Shown: positions 25,508-38,070 of the stretch, piece after piece
How positions within the stretch are numbered: position 1 is the first letter of the stretch
Layout: each line of letters begins with the position of its first letter
Made by a program: the position numbers and the translations under genes
The notes under the pieces: model-generated
Database searches by the model: none
Told to the model about the DNA's origin: nothing
The model's input: the letters and a program-made list of their open reading frames with translations, nothing else
DNA from: Azolla caroliniana
Taxonomy: Eukaryota; Plantae; Polypodiophyta
Direction of reading: 5' to 3'
Assembly (NCBI GenBank): GCA_043228905.1
Contig: JBHGNT010000015.1
Coordinates: 11,160,001-11,224,000, forward strand
DNA length: 64,000 nt

Positions 25508-27170
25508 ATGCCACCGATGAAGACATCACCATCCGAGGGCACCCCATGCCCAGGCCCGAGTACCCGATTGAGGAACACCGATCGCTACCCAAACCTCATA
25601 GCTATACTCGGGATGAGACCCGGTGTAGGCCAAAGAAGATTTGACCGCTGGCCGCAAGTAGTCCAAGAAGCGTCGCCATTTGCAACGACGCAATGACGCA
25701 AAGGACCACGTACACACTACCGAGGATGACCTGCAACTGGTTGTCGCAACCGACAAAACCGTGGGCATAGTCCCAGACACGACTCTCTCTCTCTCTCTCT
25801 CTCACGGCGAAATTGTAGGAGGGCCATGCATCACGGATATCGGAGGATACAGTGTTGACCTTCCCGATTTGCCCGCCGAAGCTTTCAAGCTCAGGCCCAT
25901 TTTGCAACACGGCACTTCCTTCGAGCTTATTGATTTCCTCACCTACTACAAGTAGCGACTGCGGCACGCATGGCGGAGGAACACGTAGATCGAGCTGTGG
26001 TCTAGAGAGCTATAACCGGAGAGCTAGAAGCTGAGGAAGAAGCGGCCTTACAGAAAATCGTTTGGAAGTGCCACAACCGGAGTAGCCACCTGCTCATCGA
26101 GTTGCCAGACCTGAATACGGCCCTGGTCAAAGTCTACCAAGAATTGTTGAAGACTACTTGCGCATCCAAAGCTATGGCCTCTCAAAGTAAACAAGCATGC
26201 AAACAAGCTAACCACACGATGGAGCTATGGCAGGCTTTGGAAACCAGAGTCGTCGACCTTGAATGTTAGCTTCGGGCAATAAACAGTTACGGTCAGGACA
26301 GCCCCCCCTCGCCATCCCCGCTATTGCTCGATCTCCCCAACCCAAAAGCCCCACCCAACCTGCCCCCTCAGGCCGACGCCTCGTCGCACAAATCCTTGTT
26401 GACCATCCCCAACTCGACTCGACCGACAGAGCAGAAAGAAGTTGAAATGCAAAAGCAGTTTGACACCAAGATAGAGGAATACAACGGTGCCCTTCAAGAA
26501 AAGGAGGAGCAGGCTGCAGCGACTATGCAGGTAGCAAAAGAAGAATCGGCTGCCATGATGCAACAACAGAAAGAAGTATTCCACCAAGTGCTTCACAGTC
26601 GGAATGAAGGACTCATCAATCTCCAACTCGAGCACACAGAACGACAGAGAGATTTCGGCAGACATCACCAGTTGATGTGCGAAATGAATAGTCAAACGCA
26701 TGTGTTAGAAGACTCCCTCTGGTATCTTCAGAAAACATCTAAACAAGAACTGGACCAGTGCAAGTAGGAGTTCAAGGAGGAGAAGGCAAGGCTCATCCAC
26801 AAATACAAGCAGGACACTGAGCTCTTCTAGAAGAAGGTCGATGGGATCATCTCCTCATTCAACCTTACCAAAGCAAAGCTTGAACTCGACTCCTAGACCG
26901 CCATAAATGATTTGTAAGTTGCGCGCCAAATATGAGATGGGCGAAAACCGAGTCAAGGCCCTGTTGGCAAAACATCATCAGCGGCTAAACCTGAAATTGG
27001 ATGAAACTTTGTCTCGGGGGTGGAATGAATGGTCGGCCCAAGTAGCCAAATTACAAATACTCCGAGCAAGGAGACTTGGCCGACCAACGAACCCACCTGG
27101 ACGAAGCACTCAACGAAACATCACCGCAGGGAACGTCCAAAGAGATGCCAGCCAAGCAACCAATGGCTGA
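25508..27170 (+). pseudogene. Interrupted ORF of unknown, probably TE-associated protein with a coiled-coil C-terminal part
   Basis: Chain of GC-richer + strand ORFs (25508, 25680, 26324, 26907) broken by stops and frameshifts, with a Q/E/K-rich heptad-like segment. No recognisable domain. Confidence 0.4.
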
Positions 27171-28392
27171 GGAACAACAAACATGAACCGACCACTCGGC
27201 CGGTTTCATTGCCAAAGCGGATGACTCGCAACAGTGGGCGAGCATCTTGGACATTTTCGAAGAAGAATAATGTAGATGACACATTCTTGATTCTCTCATT
27301 TTTTTCCATTTCGATTTTTTGCATCTTTTTCGATTATTGGGTTCGACGTGTAAGGCATTGTCCCACGGGTGTGCGGAGTGTTAACCGGTGGACAAAAGGG
27401 AAAAAGTGGGAAACGAGCGAAGAAAGCCATACAAAGTGTGAAACGAAAAAAGGGGGAGCCAAGTACCACAGACAGCCGAACAAAGGAAGTCGAGCAACGT
27501 AAAGAGGGCACACGAAGACTATGAAAGCAGTCGAGCAACGTAATTTAATACACCTTCTTGTGAGATATGGCATTCAATATGTATGTGAGGACTTGTAGGT
27601 TATGTGCGCAACAAACAACACAGAGAGCATGACAGAAGAGAGGATGGAAAGGTAGACACACTTGATGCTCTAATGGAAGCTCTCGTTATTATGTAACTCT
27701 TTCTCTCACAGAGACTCAAGATCCAAAAAGGTTAACGTTACAATGTTAGGTTAGAGCTTATGTACTAAGCCCTAGCTATTTAGACTGTTCACACTAAGAT
27801 ACAAAGTGGAAGGAGTTGGCCATTTAGGCCAACAAACTCCCCCGTAAAAGGACTACTCTTTCTATGTATAGAAGTGATTTGAGGTTATCTCCCTCGTAAA
27901 CCTAGATTACAAAACTAATCTAAATTTATGTTACAAGTCACTAGGCATATAACCGAGTCGGCAAAGGTAAAGTCGATTTCTAGCCTAGTTCGGATAGTCT
28001 CAAGGTTTGACTAATTTGAGTCGGTCAAATTGACCTGTTCGAATTGTCTTTCGTTCAAATCGGTCCGTTTGTTGGAGTCGGCTTGTATCCGATTCTCGAT
28101 TTCGGCTTTGTGTTGATTGTTTGTCATCCGCTCATCCTTGCTCCTGTGTTGTTTCTTCAATGCCTCGTGTTTCCGAATCTGCGGACTTCGCTTCTCTGGC
28201 GAGTCTATTCGGGTTGGTTTTCGACTTACCTTCTGCTCCTCATTCGGCGTTATTCTGCTCGGTTGCTTGTCATAGTCCAATCTTTGTCCTCAGTGCTCTG
28301 AAGCGTTGATCGGGAAGTGGCTTCGTAAGGCAATCGACAATGTTCACCTCGGTGTCGATTTTTCGGACTTCGAGCTTCTTTTTTGTTACTAG

Positions 28393-28485
28393 TGTCAGGA
28401 ATAGTACTGAGATAGAGGAGAAATTAGTACTAAGAGAGGAATATTAGTACTCAGAGGAATAGAGGGTGTAGAACACTCGAGAGAA

Positions 28486-28534
<49 letters not shown>

Positions 28535-31500
28535 GATGATAACAACGATATATTATGTGAGAAGAATATACAAGGAAGGCTATGAGGTTTAAGATTGGCA
28601 TTGAACCGATTTGGTTTGAAATAATGCCTTGTGCCTCCTTTTATAGTGTTCTCAGGAGTAGTCCTGAAGCTTCTAGAATGTTCCAGAGAAATCTGGAATA
28701 TACATTAATTTTCTATAGTAAAACTTAAATAAAAATAATATCTTATGTATTATAATAGATAGTGTAATGGTCAAGAGCTCGACCCATGTAACATAAGGTC
28801 ATGGGTTCGAGTCTTGCCATATCATGACACTATCCCCCCTTTAAAACGATGAGTGTCACGAGTCGTTTTGGATTGAGGACCCAGTTTATCTGGATATTGA
28901 CGATAGAAGTCTTCAAGAAGAGCACGAGCATTGGTCACATTCTCTATTGGTTCCCAAGTACGCTCGCTGGGACAATATCCTAGCCAATCGACTAAATAGT
29001 AGAGCTTGTTGCGAACAATCTTGGAATCGAGGATGACGTCAACCTCGTACTCAGGTTCATCTTCAAGTTCGATCAGGGGTGGAGGTTGTGGAATACGTCC
29101 TAGGATGGTGCTGTCTTGATAGGGTTCGAGGAGAGAACTATGAAACACCGGATGTATGCGAAGTTGTGGGGGTAGATCGAGACAAAAAGCGACATCATTA
29201 ATCTTTCCGATAATACGGAAAGGACCTAATCGTCGATAATCCAACTTCTCGCATGGGCGAGAGTAGTCTTGATGTGTCGTCGTAGTAGCCATACCCGATC
29301 TCCAATGTTAAAACTATATGGAAGGCGATGACGGTCCGCATGAACCTTGTGTGTTTGTTGAGCTTGTTGTAGATGAGTAGATAAATTTGCTTGTATCTTG
29401 CGTAACCGCTCCAAACGACCTCTGTGCAAGGATTTGTGGGTAACTCTGGGGTTTCAAATACACATCACTAGGGTGACAACCCGTATAAGCTAAAATGCCG
29501 TAACTTTAGTCGATGAGTGGACAAAGTTATTATAGGAAAATTCGGCGAAGTGAAGAATATCTGCCCAGTCATCCTGATGATAGCTTAGAAAGCACCGAAG
29601 ATACTGCTCCAATGTTTTATTTGTTCGTTCTGCTTGGTCGTCGGTTTGCGGGTGGTAGCCGAACGAGAGGTTACAAGTGACCTTGAGCATTTTAAAAAGG
29701 TGCTTCCAGAATTTCGAGACGAACTGGGGTCTGCGGTCGCTGATGATATTATTAGGAAGGCCATGATGCCGACATACTTCACGCATGACAATTTCGGTGG
29801 TTTCTTCACTAGAGATTTCCTTAGTACATGGCAGGAAATGAGCCATCTTCGTATATCAATCTACTACTGTTAAAATTGCATTGAATCCCTTAGAGACTGG
29901 AAGATCTATGATGAAATCTAGAGCAATGGATTGCCACGGCTTGCTTCGAATTGGTAATGGTTCTAATAAACCATATGGATGATGCCTTGGCATTTTTGCT
30001 TTGCAACACGTATCACAAGTCTGGACAAAATCTTCGACAAATTGTCACATACAAGGCCACCAGAATGATCGTTGTACTAAATCTAATGTCTTAGTACTAC
30101 CAAAATGCCCAAATGTATATGTGTCATGACAGTTTCGGACTACTCGAAGGCGGCAAGAACCATTAGGAACATACAAGAGTTTCTTAAAGAATAGTAATCC
30201 ATCATGACATTCGAATTGTCGATAGTCCATACTTGATTGTTGCGACTGTGAACAAGATGCTCGAGAGGGATCAATTTGTGCTAGAATGGCTTGGGCGAAA
30301 GCATCTATCTTCAAGTCCTCACGTATGGTATTGATAACGTGGGAATCTAAGGGCATGTCGAACATCTGTGTTGCTTGAAGTCGTGGTGGTCCCAAGATTA
30401 CTTGCTTTTGGTTATCGAAAGCTGGCTCGCCGGGACGCGGTGTTAGATACAAACGCCGTTATAATGCATCTGCCTTCCCTTGGTGCTTCCCTGGACGATA
30501 TGTAATTTTGAAGTCGAAACGCGTGAGGAATTGGACCCACTGAGCTTGACGTCGATTTAACACATGAGCACTCTAAAAGTAGGCAAGGTTTTTGTGATCA
30601 CTAAATATGGTGACTTGATGAGAGGACCCCTCTAGAAAATTCCTCCATTGCGTAAAAGAGTCCACTATTGCTAATAGCTCCTTATCATGAATTTCATAGT
30701 TGATTTCAGCGGCGTCAAACTTGCGTGAGTGGAAAGCCACAGGATGTAGCTTTTCATCATTACCTTGTTGTGACAGAATGCTACCCAATGCGAAATTCAA
30801 CGTGTCCGCTTCCATGATGAATGGTTTTTCCGGATCAACGTGAGCTAGAATAGGAGCCGTTGTAAATGCCTTCTTAAGATTCTCAAAATCCATGTCTGCT
30901 TCTTCAGACCAAACGAACGATTGTCCCTTCTTAGTAAGTTGTGTGAGAGGCAGAACAAGCTTTGAGTAATCCTGTATAAACTTGCGGTAGAAATTAGCAA
31001 AGCCTAAAAAGCATTACACATCTCGCAACGAACGCGGAGTTTGCCACTCTACCACTATTTTGACCTTAGCTGGATCCATGGAGATGCCTTCCGAGGAGAT
31101 GACATAGCCCAGAAATTCCACCTGGTTGCACCTGAAACTACTTTTTTCCAGCTTTGCATAAAGACCATGTTCTCGAAGTCGTTTTAGTACTAACAATACA
31201 TGAGAATCATGCTCTTCTTGGGTCTTCGAATAAACCAGTAGATCATCCAAATAGATCATCAAACAAACATCCAAGAGATCTCAGAATATATCATTTGCCA
31301 TGTGCTGGAAGATTGCTAGCGCATTAGTGAGGCCGAACAGCATGACCGTATACTCGAAGTGCCCATATCTAGTGCGAAACGCGGTCTTCCATTCATCTCC
31401 TGGTCGGATTTGTATGAGGTTATATGCTCCCTGTAAGTTGATCTTCGTGAAGAACCTTGCACCATTGATTCGTTCTAAAAGACTTGAGATAAGGGGAAGT

Positions 31501-33986
31501 GCATACCTATTTCTGATGGTGACCTTATTCAAGCCACGGTAATCTACAACGAGACGAAGTGATCCATCCTTTTTCTTGACAAAGAAAATGGGTGCGCCGG
31601 CTGGAGATTTCGAATGCCAAATGAAACCATTTTCCAAATTCTCCTCTATATAGGCTCGAAGGACTTCAAGCTCGGTTGGTGACAAATTGTAGATCGGTCC
31701 CCATGGTGGCTCTTTTCCTGGTTGTAAATCGATGGGGCAATCATACGGTCGATGGTGAGGAAGCGTATGGCTTGTACTTTATCGAACACATCGGCATAAT
31801 GATGATACTTCTTTGGAAGTTGAATGGTGGACTCTTCTTTAGTGGTGTCAGAGGGTTTTACTATATTGCGAAGAGAAACATTTCTTCCTTGCGTCCTTCT
31901 TCCTGCAACTGATGTAGCGAAATGGTTGCAATCAGATCCTTGGGCTTGTTGATACTGTATTTCTCTTGGTCTCCAATCTATGTCTGGGTTATGTTATTCG
32001 AACCATGGTAATCCTAAAACAAAGGGATGTTATGGGATACTAATTATATTAAATGATACTACACACGCTAGATTATCTAGGACAATATTAACGGGCCCTG
32101 ACTCTTCTATGATATTTCTGGAAGCAATGGGACGACCATCAATGACTACTACAGAGGCTGGACATGGGAGTTTTCTGAGAGATATCTGATGAGCTTGGGC
32201 AAAATTCCTATCCATGAAGCAAGAATTTGCTCCGGAATCTAGAAGTGCTAAGACATGTACTAGAGGGGTACTTTTAGTACTAACTGTTACTTGGGCTACG
32301 AACACATTGCTAACTTGCTTAGAGGGAATGGAACCACTAATGGGCTGCACAGATCTAGGGCTGTCCAACCAAACGGCTCCTATTTTGGCTGGACTTAGTC
32401 GTTTAACTCTTCTTCTAACTCACTAAGGACATCAAATTTGTTCGCTAGATTTGGGCTATTAGTACTATTAGGACTATCTGATATTCCTACTGAAATAGAC
32501 TCGGGTTTAGTACAATTAGAACTAGCAACTATTTGGTTTACCTGTCTTCTTGGCCTATGGGGACAATTTATTGCAATATGCCCTGGTCCACCGCAATAAA
32601 GACATAGTCGATTTGCTCGACGTCACTGCTTTTCTTCTTCCGATAATGGTTTGCGACGACGTGTAATGTCAATCTCCATCAGAGTCGGAGTATTCACTGG
32701 AGACGCATTATATGACTCCCTCTGAAAAGGTTTCGCTGCCACTGAGATGTAGGTGGGCTCTGGTCTTGCCCTTGGCATTTGGAATTGCCGTTCCGAATGT
32801 CGTTCGAAAAGGCGGTTGTCGCATCTCACCGCGCGACTGATTGCTTTTATTAATGACTTTGGTTCTTCGGGGAAGGTCAAGAGTAAATCCTTGACATCAT
32901 TGCGTAAACCAGAATGAAATTGCTTCATCAATGCTTGATCATCCCAAGGGATATCGGCGGCGTGTAGGCGGAAATCTGCAGCGTATGCGGAGGCTGGATG
33001 ATCACCTTGACGTAATCGTCGGATTTTGTTGATTGCTATCCTTATGCTGTCAGTATCTCCAAGACAACCTTTAAACTCACTTATAAATTCTACAAAATTG
33101 TTTAGTAATGGAGATTCCTTTTCTAACAACGGAGCGAACCATGCAAATGCTGAGCCACTAAGTAGAGTGCCTACTAGTCCCACTCGTGATGCATCGGTGG
33201 GATATCGAGAAGGATGCATTTGAATCACTAAACGTACCTGATTTAGAAAACCTCTAAACTGTGATCGGGTCCCATCAAATTTTGCTGGAAGAACCGATCT
33301 TGGGTTCTTTGTGAATCCCTTGAGTGCTTGATCCTTGTTGTTGTAGTGATACAATAGTCACTTAAAGTTGTTGTACACGTAACGTCAACTCCCCGTGTTG
33401 TTGTTGTTTTTCAAGTGCTATTTGTTGAAGATCCCGCAACAAACAATGATTTTCTTGTTCTAGTGCTGCAAATTTCTCTTTTAAGCATTGGAGCTCCGAG
33501 AAAACAGATTGGTATTCCTGAGCGCTAACAATTTCCATTTTACTAGGGAGGATAAGAGGATTAGTATGAAGGGAAAAAAGGGGCAAGAAAATGAGGGAAA
33601 CCGGAATGAAGACCGGAAAACGGGGATATGTAAGAAGATAAAAGGAAGAGGAGGAAAGGAGGAGACGGAAGGAGGGAAAATCGGTTCAAACTATTAGGAA
33701 TAGTACTGAGATAGAGAAGAAATTAGTACTAAGAGAGGAATATTAGTACTAAGAGGAATAAAGGGTGTAGAACACTCGAGAGAAGGAGAGAGAGAGAGAG
33801 AGAGATCGAGGGAGAGGAAATGATGATGACAATGATATATTATGTGAGAAGAATATACAAGGAAGGCTAGGAGGCTTAAGATTGGCGTTGAATCAATTTG
33901 GTTCGAAATAATGCCTTGTTCCTCCTTTTATAGTGTTCTCAGGAGTAGTCCTGAAGCTTCTAGAATGTTCCAGAGAAATTTGGAAT
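28393..33986 (-). mobile_element. Ty3/gypsy chromovirus, Tcn1-like: gag-PR-RT-RH-INT-chromodomain, decayed
   Basis: 3' LTR 28393-28829 with adjacent PPT AAAGGGGGATAG; truncated 5' LTR 33692-33986. Gag LPAKFDGTRSQFRGFL, PR ALLDSGA, RT YLDD, RH NYEIHDKELLAI, INT, chromodomain EYEVDVILDSK..LYYLVDWLGY..SERTWEP. Confidence 0.93.
28760..28819 (+). promoter_or_regulatory. tRNA-like Pol III A-box/B-box module at the U3 end of the Tcn1-like LTR, antisense to the element
   Basis: A box TAGTGTAATGG (28760), B box GGTTCGAGTCT (28804), tRNA-like spacing of 44 nt, variable-loop-like AAGGTC. Confidence 0.7.
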
Positions 33987-33993
33987 CTGGACA

Positions 33994-34265
33994 GTTAGTT
34001 AGTGTAGCCTGATAGCTTCCTTCGTTGCCTTCGGCACTGCTATGTACTCGGCCTCCGTGGCTGACAGGGTCATGCACTCTTGAAGTTTCAACCTCCATGA
34101 TATGGCACCGCCATCATAGGTGAAGATGTAGCCTGGTGTCGACTTCCAATTGTTCGAATTCTTGGCGTAGTCAGAGTCGGTGTAGCCTTACTTTGGTCGG
34201 GTTTGTCAATCCAAAAGTCAGCTGTGCATCTTTGGTCCCTCTTAGGTACCTAAAGATGTGCTTGT
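33994..34265 (-). mobile_element. Copia RT/RNase H junction fragment
   Basis: Minus strand reads KHIFRYLRGT...GYTDSDYA...KSTPGYIFTY...TLSATEAEYIA. Confidence 0.8.
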
Positions 34266-34893
34266 AGCCATGTATCGACATCCAGTGCAACTATAGCTAG
34301 TCTTTTTGAGCTTTGCATAAAGACGATGTTCTCGTAGTCATCTTAGTACTAATAGTACATGAGAATCATGCTCCTCCTGTGTTTTTGAATAAACTAGTAG
34401 ATCATCCAAGTAGATGTCCAAAAGATCTTGGGATATATCATTTGCCATGTGCTGGAAGACTGTTGGCGCATTGGTGAGGCCGAATGGCATAACCGTATAG
34501 TCAAAGTGCCCATATCGGGTGTGGAAAGTTGTTTTCCATTCATCTCCCGGTCGAATTCGTACGAGGTTATATGCTCCTTGTAAGTCAATTTTTGTGAAAA
34601 AGTTTCCGCATTTAATCCTCTCTAAAAGACTCGAGATGAGTGGAAGTGCATACCTATTCCTAATGGTGACCTTATTCAAGCCATGATAATCCACGACTAG
34701 ACGAAGTGAGCCATCTTTTTTCTTGATGAAGAAAATAGGTGTGCTGGCTGGAGATTTCCAATGTCGAATGAACTCATTTGCCAAATTTTCCTCTATGTAG
34801 GCTCGAAGAACTTCAAGCTCAGTTGGTGACAAGTTGTAGATCGGTCTCCATGGTGGTGCTTTTCTTGGTTGTAAATAAATGGGACAATCATAT

Positions 34894-36654
34894 TGAAAAG
34901 AAAGGAGAGTGATTGTATGAAGCAGTAGGACCGTGTGTGAGTGTGTGTGCGTATGAGCACTTATGCGAAACTGAGAGAGAGAGAGAGTCTTAAGATGAGA
35001 AAACTATGTATTACATCCAATAGTAACAAAGTTACAAAGGGTTGGTTTAAATACCAACTAAACTAGGGCAAGGGCCCTTTCTACTATTTACAAAACTAGC
35101 CCCGATTGCTTGGTCTGGCGTGATGACTCCCCCTTCTACCGAACTCTCTAGAGCTGTTCCTGTCCGCTTGCCATTGGTGGGAGTTACGCTCTTGGATCTA
35201 CCGACTGTGACGGCCTTGTCCGAATCGACCTCTACTTCCACGAACAAAATTTCTTTTATCATCCAACTAGGAGTAGGGCATCTAACCCTCAGGTGTGTTT
35301 CTCCTTTGCCATGTGTGATTTTCCTCGACCAACAATATTGAGTGGAGATTGAAAAAGGTGGGAGGATTCTCTCTTGTGAGGACAACGGACCTTATTGCGT
35401 TGAATCGAGGTGCCAAGACTCTGAGGCATATTTGCACCATTTCTTCATCGTCAATGCCAACATTGATTGACCCGAGGTCATCGCATAGCTCCTTGATCTT
35501 CAAGGCGTAGTTGCTGATTGACATGTCCCTTTGTTGAATGCCATTCAACTCCTAATGGAGCTGGAGCTTGTGGGCAGCTGTAATGGGCGCGAAGATCCTC
35601 TTGAGCTTTGCCCCACGTTTCTTTCGATGTTTTCGTCTCTCGAATATAGCCTAGCATATGATCATGTACGCATGATGCAAGGCAATACAACACACGGCTT
35701 GCGGCCTGCTCCCAAACGGGATAGTCGGCGTGTGTTGGTTTTGGTTGCGTTTCATGAGCTCCTTCAATATAGCTCTAGTATCCTTGTCCGACAAGGTACT
35801 GTTGTATCTTGTACTCCCAAGGTGCGAAGTTTGTCTCGTCGAGCTTCTCCGTAGGAAGAGCGTTTCCCATTTGAGTATTCATGATGCTTTCTTCTCTGTT
35901 TCTTAAACCAGTTTTGTTGATCGTCGGTATGTACAACACCACAGTCGATTAGTCTTGATCAGAAAACCACACGCTTTGATACCATGTAAAGAATCCAGAG
36001 ATGGATTCTGTGCAGCGGAATAGATATGAATTCTGTGTGTGTATGAGAGAGAGAGAGAGAGTGAGAGAGACAAGGAGTAAGACACAGAGAAGACGCAAGG
36101 TAAAGTATATTAACAAAGGAGAAAGCCTCAACATTATACAAGGTGGGAGGGTGCTTTATATAGTCACCCTCTCTCTTCATTAACTACAAGACTCATGGAG
36201 CATGGGGAATGTGAAAGCTCATAAGTTATGTCTCATAGAATATAATTCTATGACTCATACTAAATGCTAGAATAGAATACAAAGTGGTGACATAATGGTG
36301 ACTCTTGACCGTTGGAGTGTCTATTCACTCTCAAGGTAAGTTCATACACTAGACCAAGTTGAGCTTGATTCTCAACACCATGAAAAGAAAGAAGAGTGAT
36401 TGTATGCAGTAGTAGGACTGTGTGTGAGTGTGTGTGCATATGAGCACTTATGCGAAACTGAAAGAGAGAGAGAGAGACTCTTAAGATGAGAAAACTATGT
36501 ATTACATCCAATTGTAACAAAGATACAAAGGGTTGGTTTAAATACCAACTAAACTAGGGCAAGGGCTCTTTCTACTATTTACAAAACTAGCCTGGTATGT
36601 CCATGAGCTAGTGTGAAACCTATTTCTATGGGAAGTTGAGTTCGATTCTCAACA
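34894..36654 (-). mobile_element. Deleted copia (LTR-A 36381-36654 and partial 34894-35100; gag) carrying a second LTR (LTR-B 35985-36377)
   Basis: TSD catat/catac at a site that is uninterrupted in the paralogous Tcn1 copy (~31742). PBS TGGTATCAAAGC and gag fragments at 35282-35883. Confidence 0.85.
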
Positions 36655-37697
36655 CATACGGTCGATGGTGAGGAAGAGTACTAGCTTTTACCTTATAAAA
36701 AACGTGAGCGTAATGATGATACTTCTTTGGAAGTTGAATTGTTGACTCCCTGTTAGGGGTGTTGGAAGATTTCACTGATACTGCGAATACAAATATTGAT
36801 TCTTTGCGTCCTTCCTTACGTACTTGATGTAGCGAAATGGTTGAAATTTTGTGAGTAGATTCTTGAGATTGTCGATACCTGATTTCTCTTGTTCTTCAAT
36901 CTATGTTCGGATTGTATAATTCGAACCATGGTAACCCCAAAATAGTTGGATGCTTTGGACTACTAATTATATTAAATGATACCAAACACACCAAATTATT
37001 TAGGACAACACTAATCGACTCTAATTCTTTTACGATATTTCTAGAAGCAATGGGGTGACCATCAATGACTACTGCAGAAGCTGGGCAAGGGATTTTTCTT
37101 AGGGATATCTTATAAGCTTGGGCGAAATTCGTATCCATGAAGCAAGAATTGACTCTGGAATCTAGGAATACTAAGACATGTACTCGAGGGTTACTTTTAG
37201 TACTAATTGTTACTTGAGCTAGGAAGACATTGCTAACTTGTTTAGAGGGAATGGAACCACTAATGGGCTGCACAGATCTAGGGCTGTCTAACCAAACAAC
37301 TCCAATTTCGGCTGGACATAGTCATTTAACTCTTCTTCTAGTTGACTAAGGACTTCAAATTTGATTATCCATCGGAATTGGAGTATTTGCTGGAGGTGCA
37401 TTATATGACTCCCAACAATCGTTGATTTTCTTGTTCTAGCGCTACAAACTTTTCTTTCAAGCACTTGAGCTTTGAGAAGACAGATTGGTATTCTTGAACG
37501 CTAATAGTTGCCATAGTATTGGAGGAAGGAAGGATATGAAGATTTGTATGAAGGGAATGAGGGATACGAAGATGGGAAATTTGGTTCAAACTATCAGGGA
37601 TAGTACTACATGCAAGGAGAATTAGTATTAAAGAGAGAGGAGAAGAATGAGTATTAGTACTAAGAAGGGAATGAGTGTGTGAGAATCACAAGAGAGG

Positions 37698-37737
<40 letters not shown>

Positions 37738-37985
37738 AGTGAGAGAATGATGACAACAGGAAAGTATATTATATTATATTATATGAGGGAAGATACAAGA
37801 ACAACTAGGAGGCTTAAGATTGGCGTTGAACTGAATTGATTCTTAATAATACCATGTGCCTCAATGTATAGTATTGTTAGGACTACTCCTGAAGTTTCTA
37901 GAATGATCTAGAGTAATCTGGAATATACATGAATTTCCTAATTTGAAATAATAAATGAAAATTATATTTTTTGTAGTACAATGCA

Positions 37986-38060
37986 TGGTTTATTGGTAAA
38001 GGTTCAACCCTTGTAACACAAGGTCATGGGTTCAAATCCTTCTGCAACCATACCATGCCA
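37986..38060 (+). promoter_or_regulatory. tRNA-like Pol III A/B-box module in the second Tcn1-like LTR
   Basis: A box TGGTTTATTGG (37986), B box GGTTCAAATCC (38029), spacing 43 nt. Confidence 0.7.
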
Positions 38061-38070
38061 TATCATGACA

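Larger units (their letters stand above)
34270..38070 (-). mobile_element. Second Tcn1-like gypsy (5' LTR 37592-38070, deleted gag, PR, RT fragment), interrupted by a copia
   Basis: RT ORF 34338-34832 (YLDD) and PR ORF 36896-37273 are homologous to 31281 and 32030. The LTR is related to 28393-28829. Confidence 0.88.

Noticed and set aside
28760-28819. Functional tRNA gene
   Set aside because: Acceptor, anticodon and T stems do not pair canonically. Only promoter boxes and layout are tRNA-like, so no isotype was assigned.
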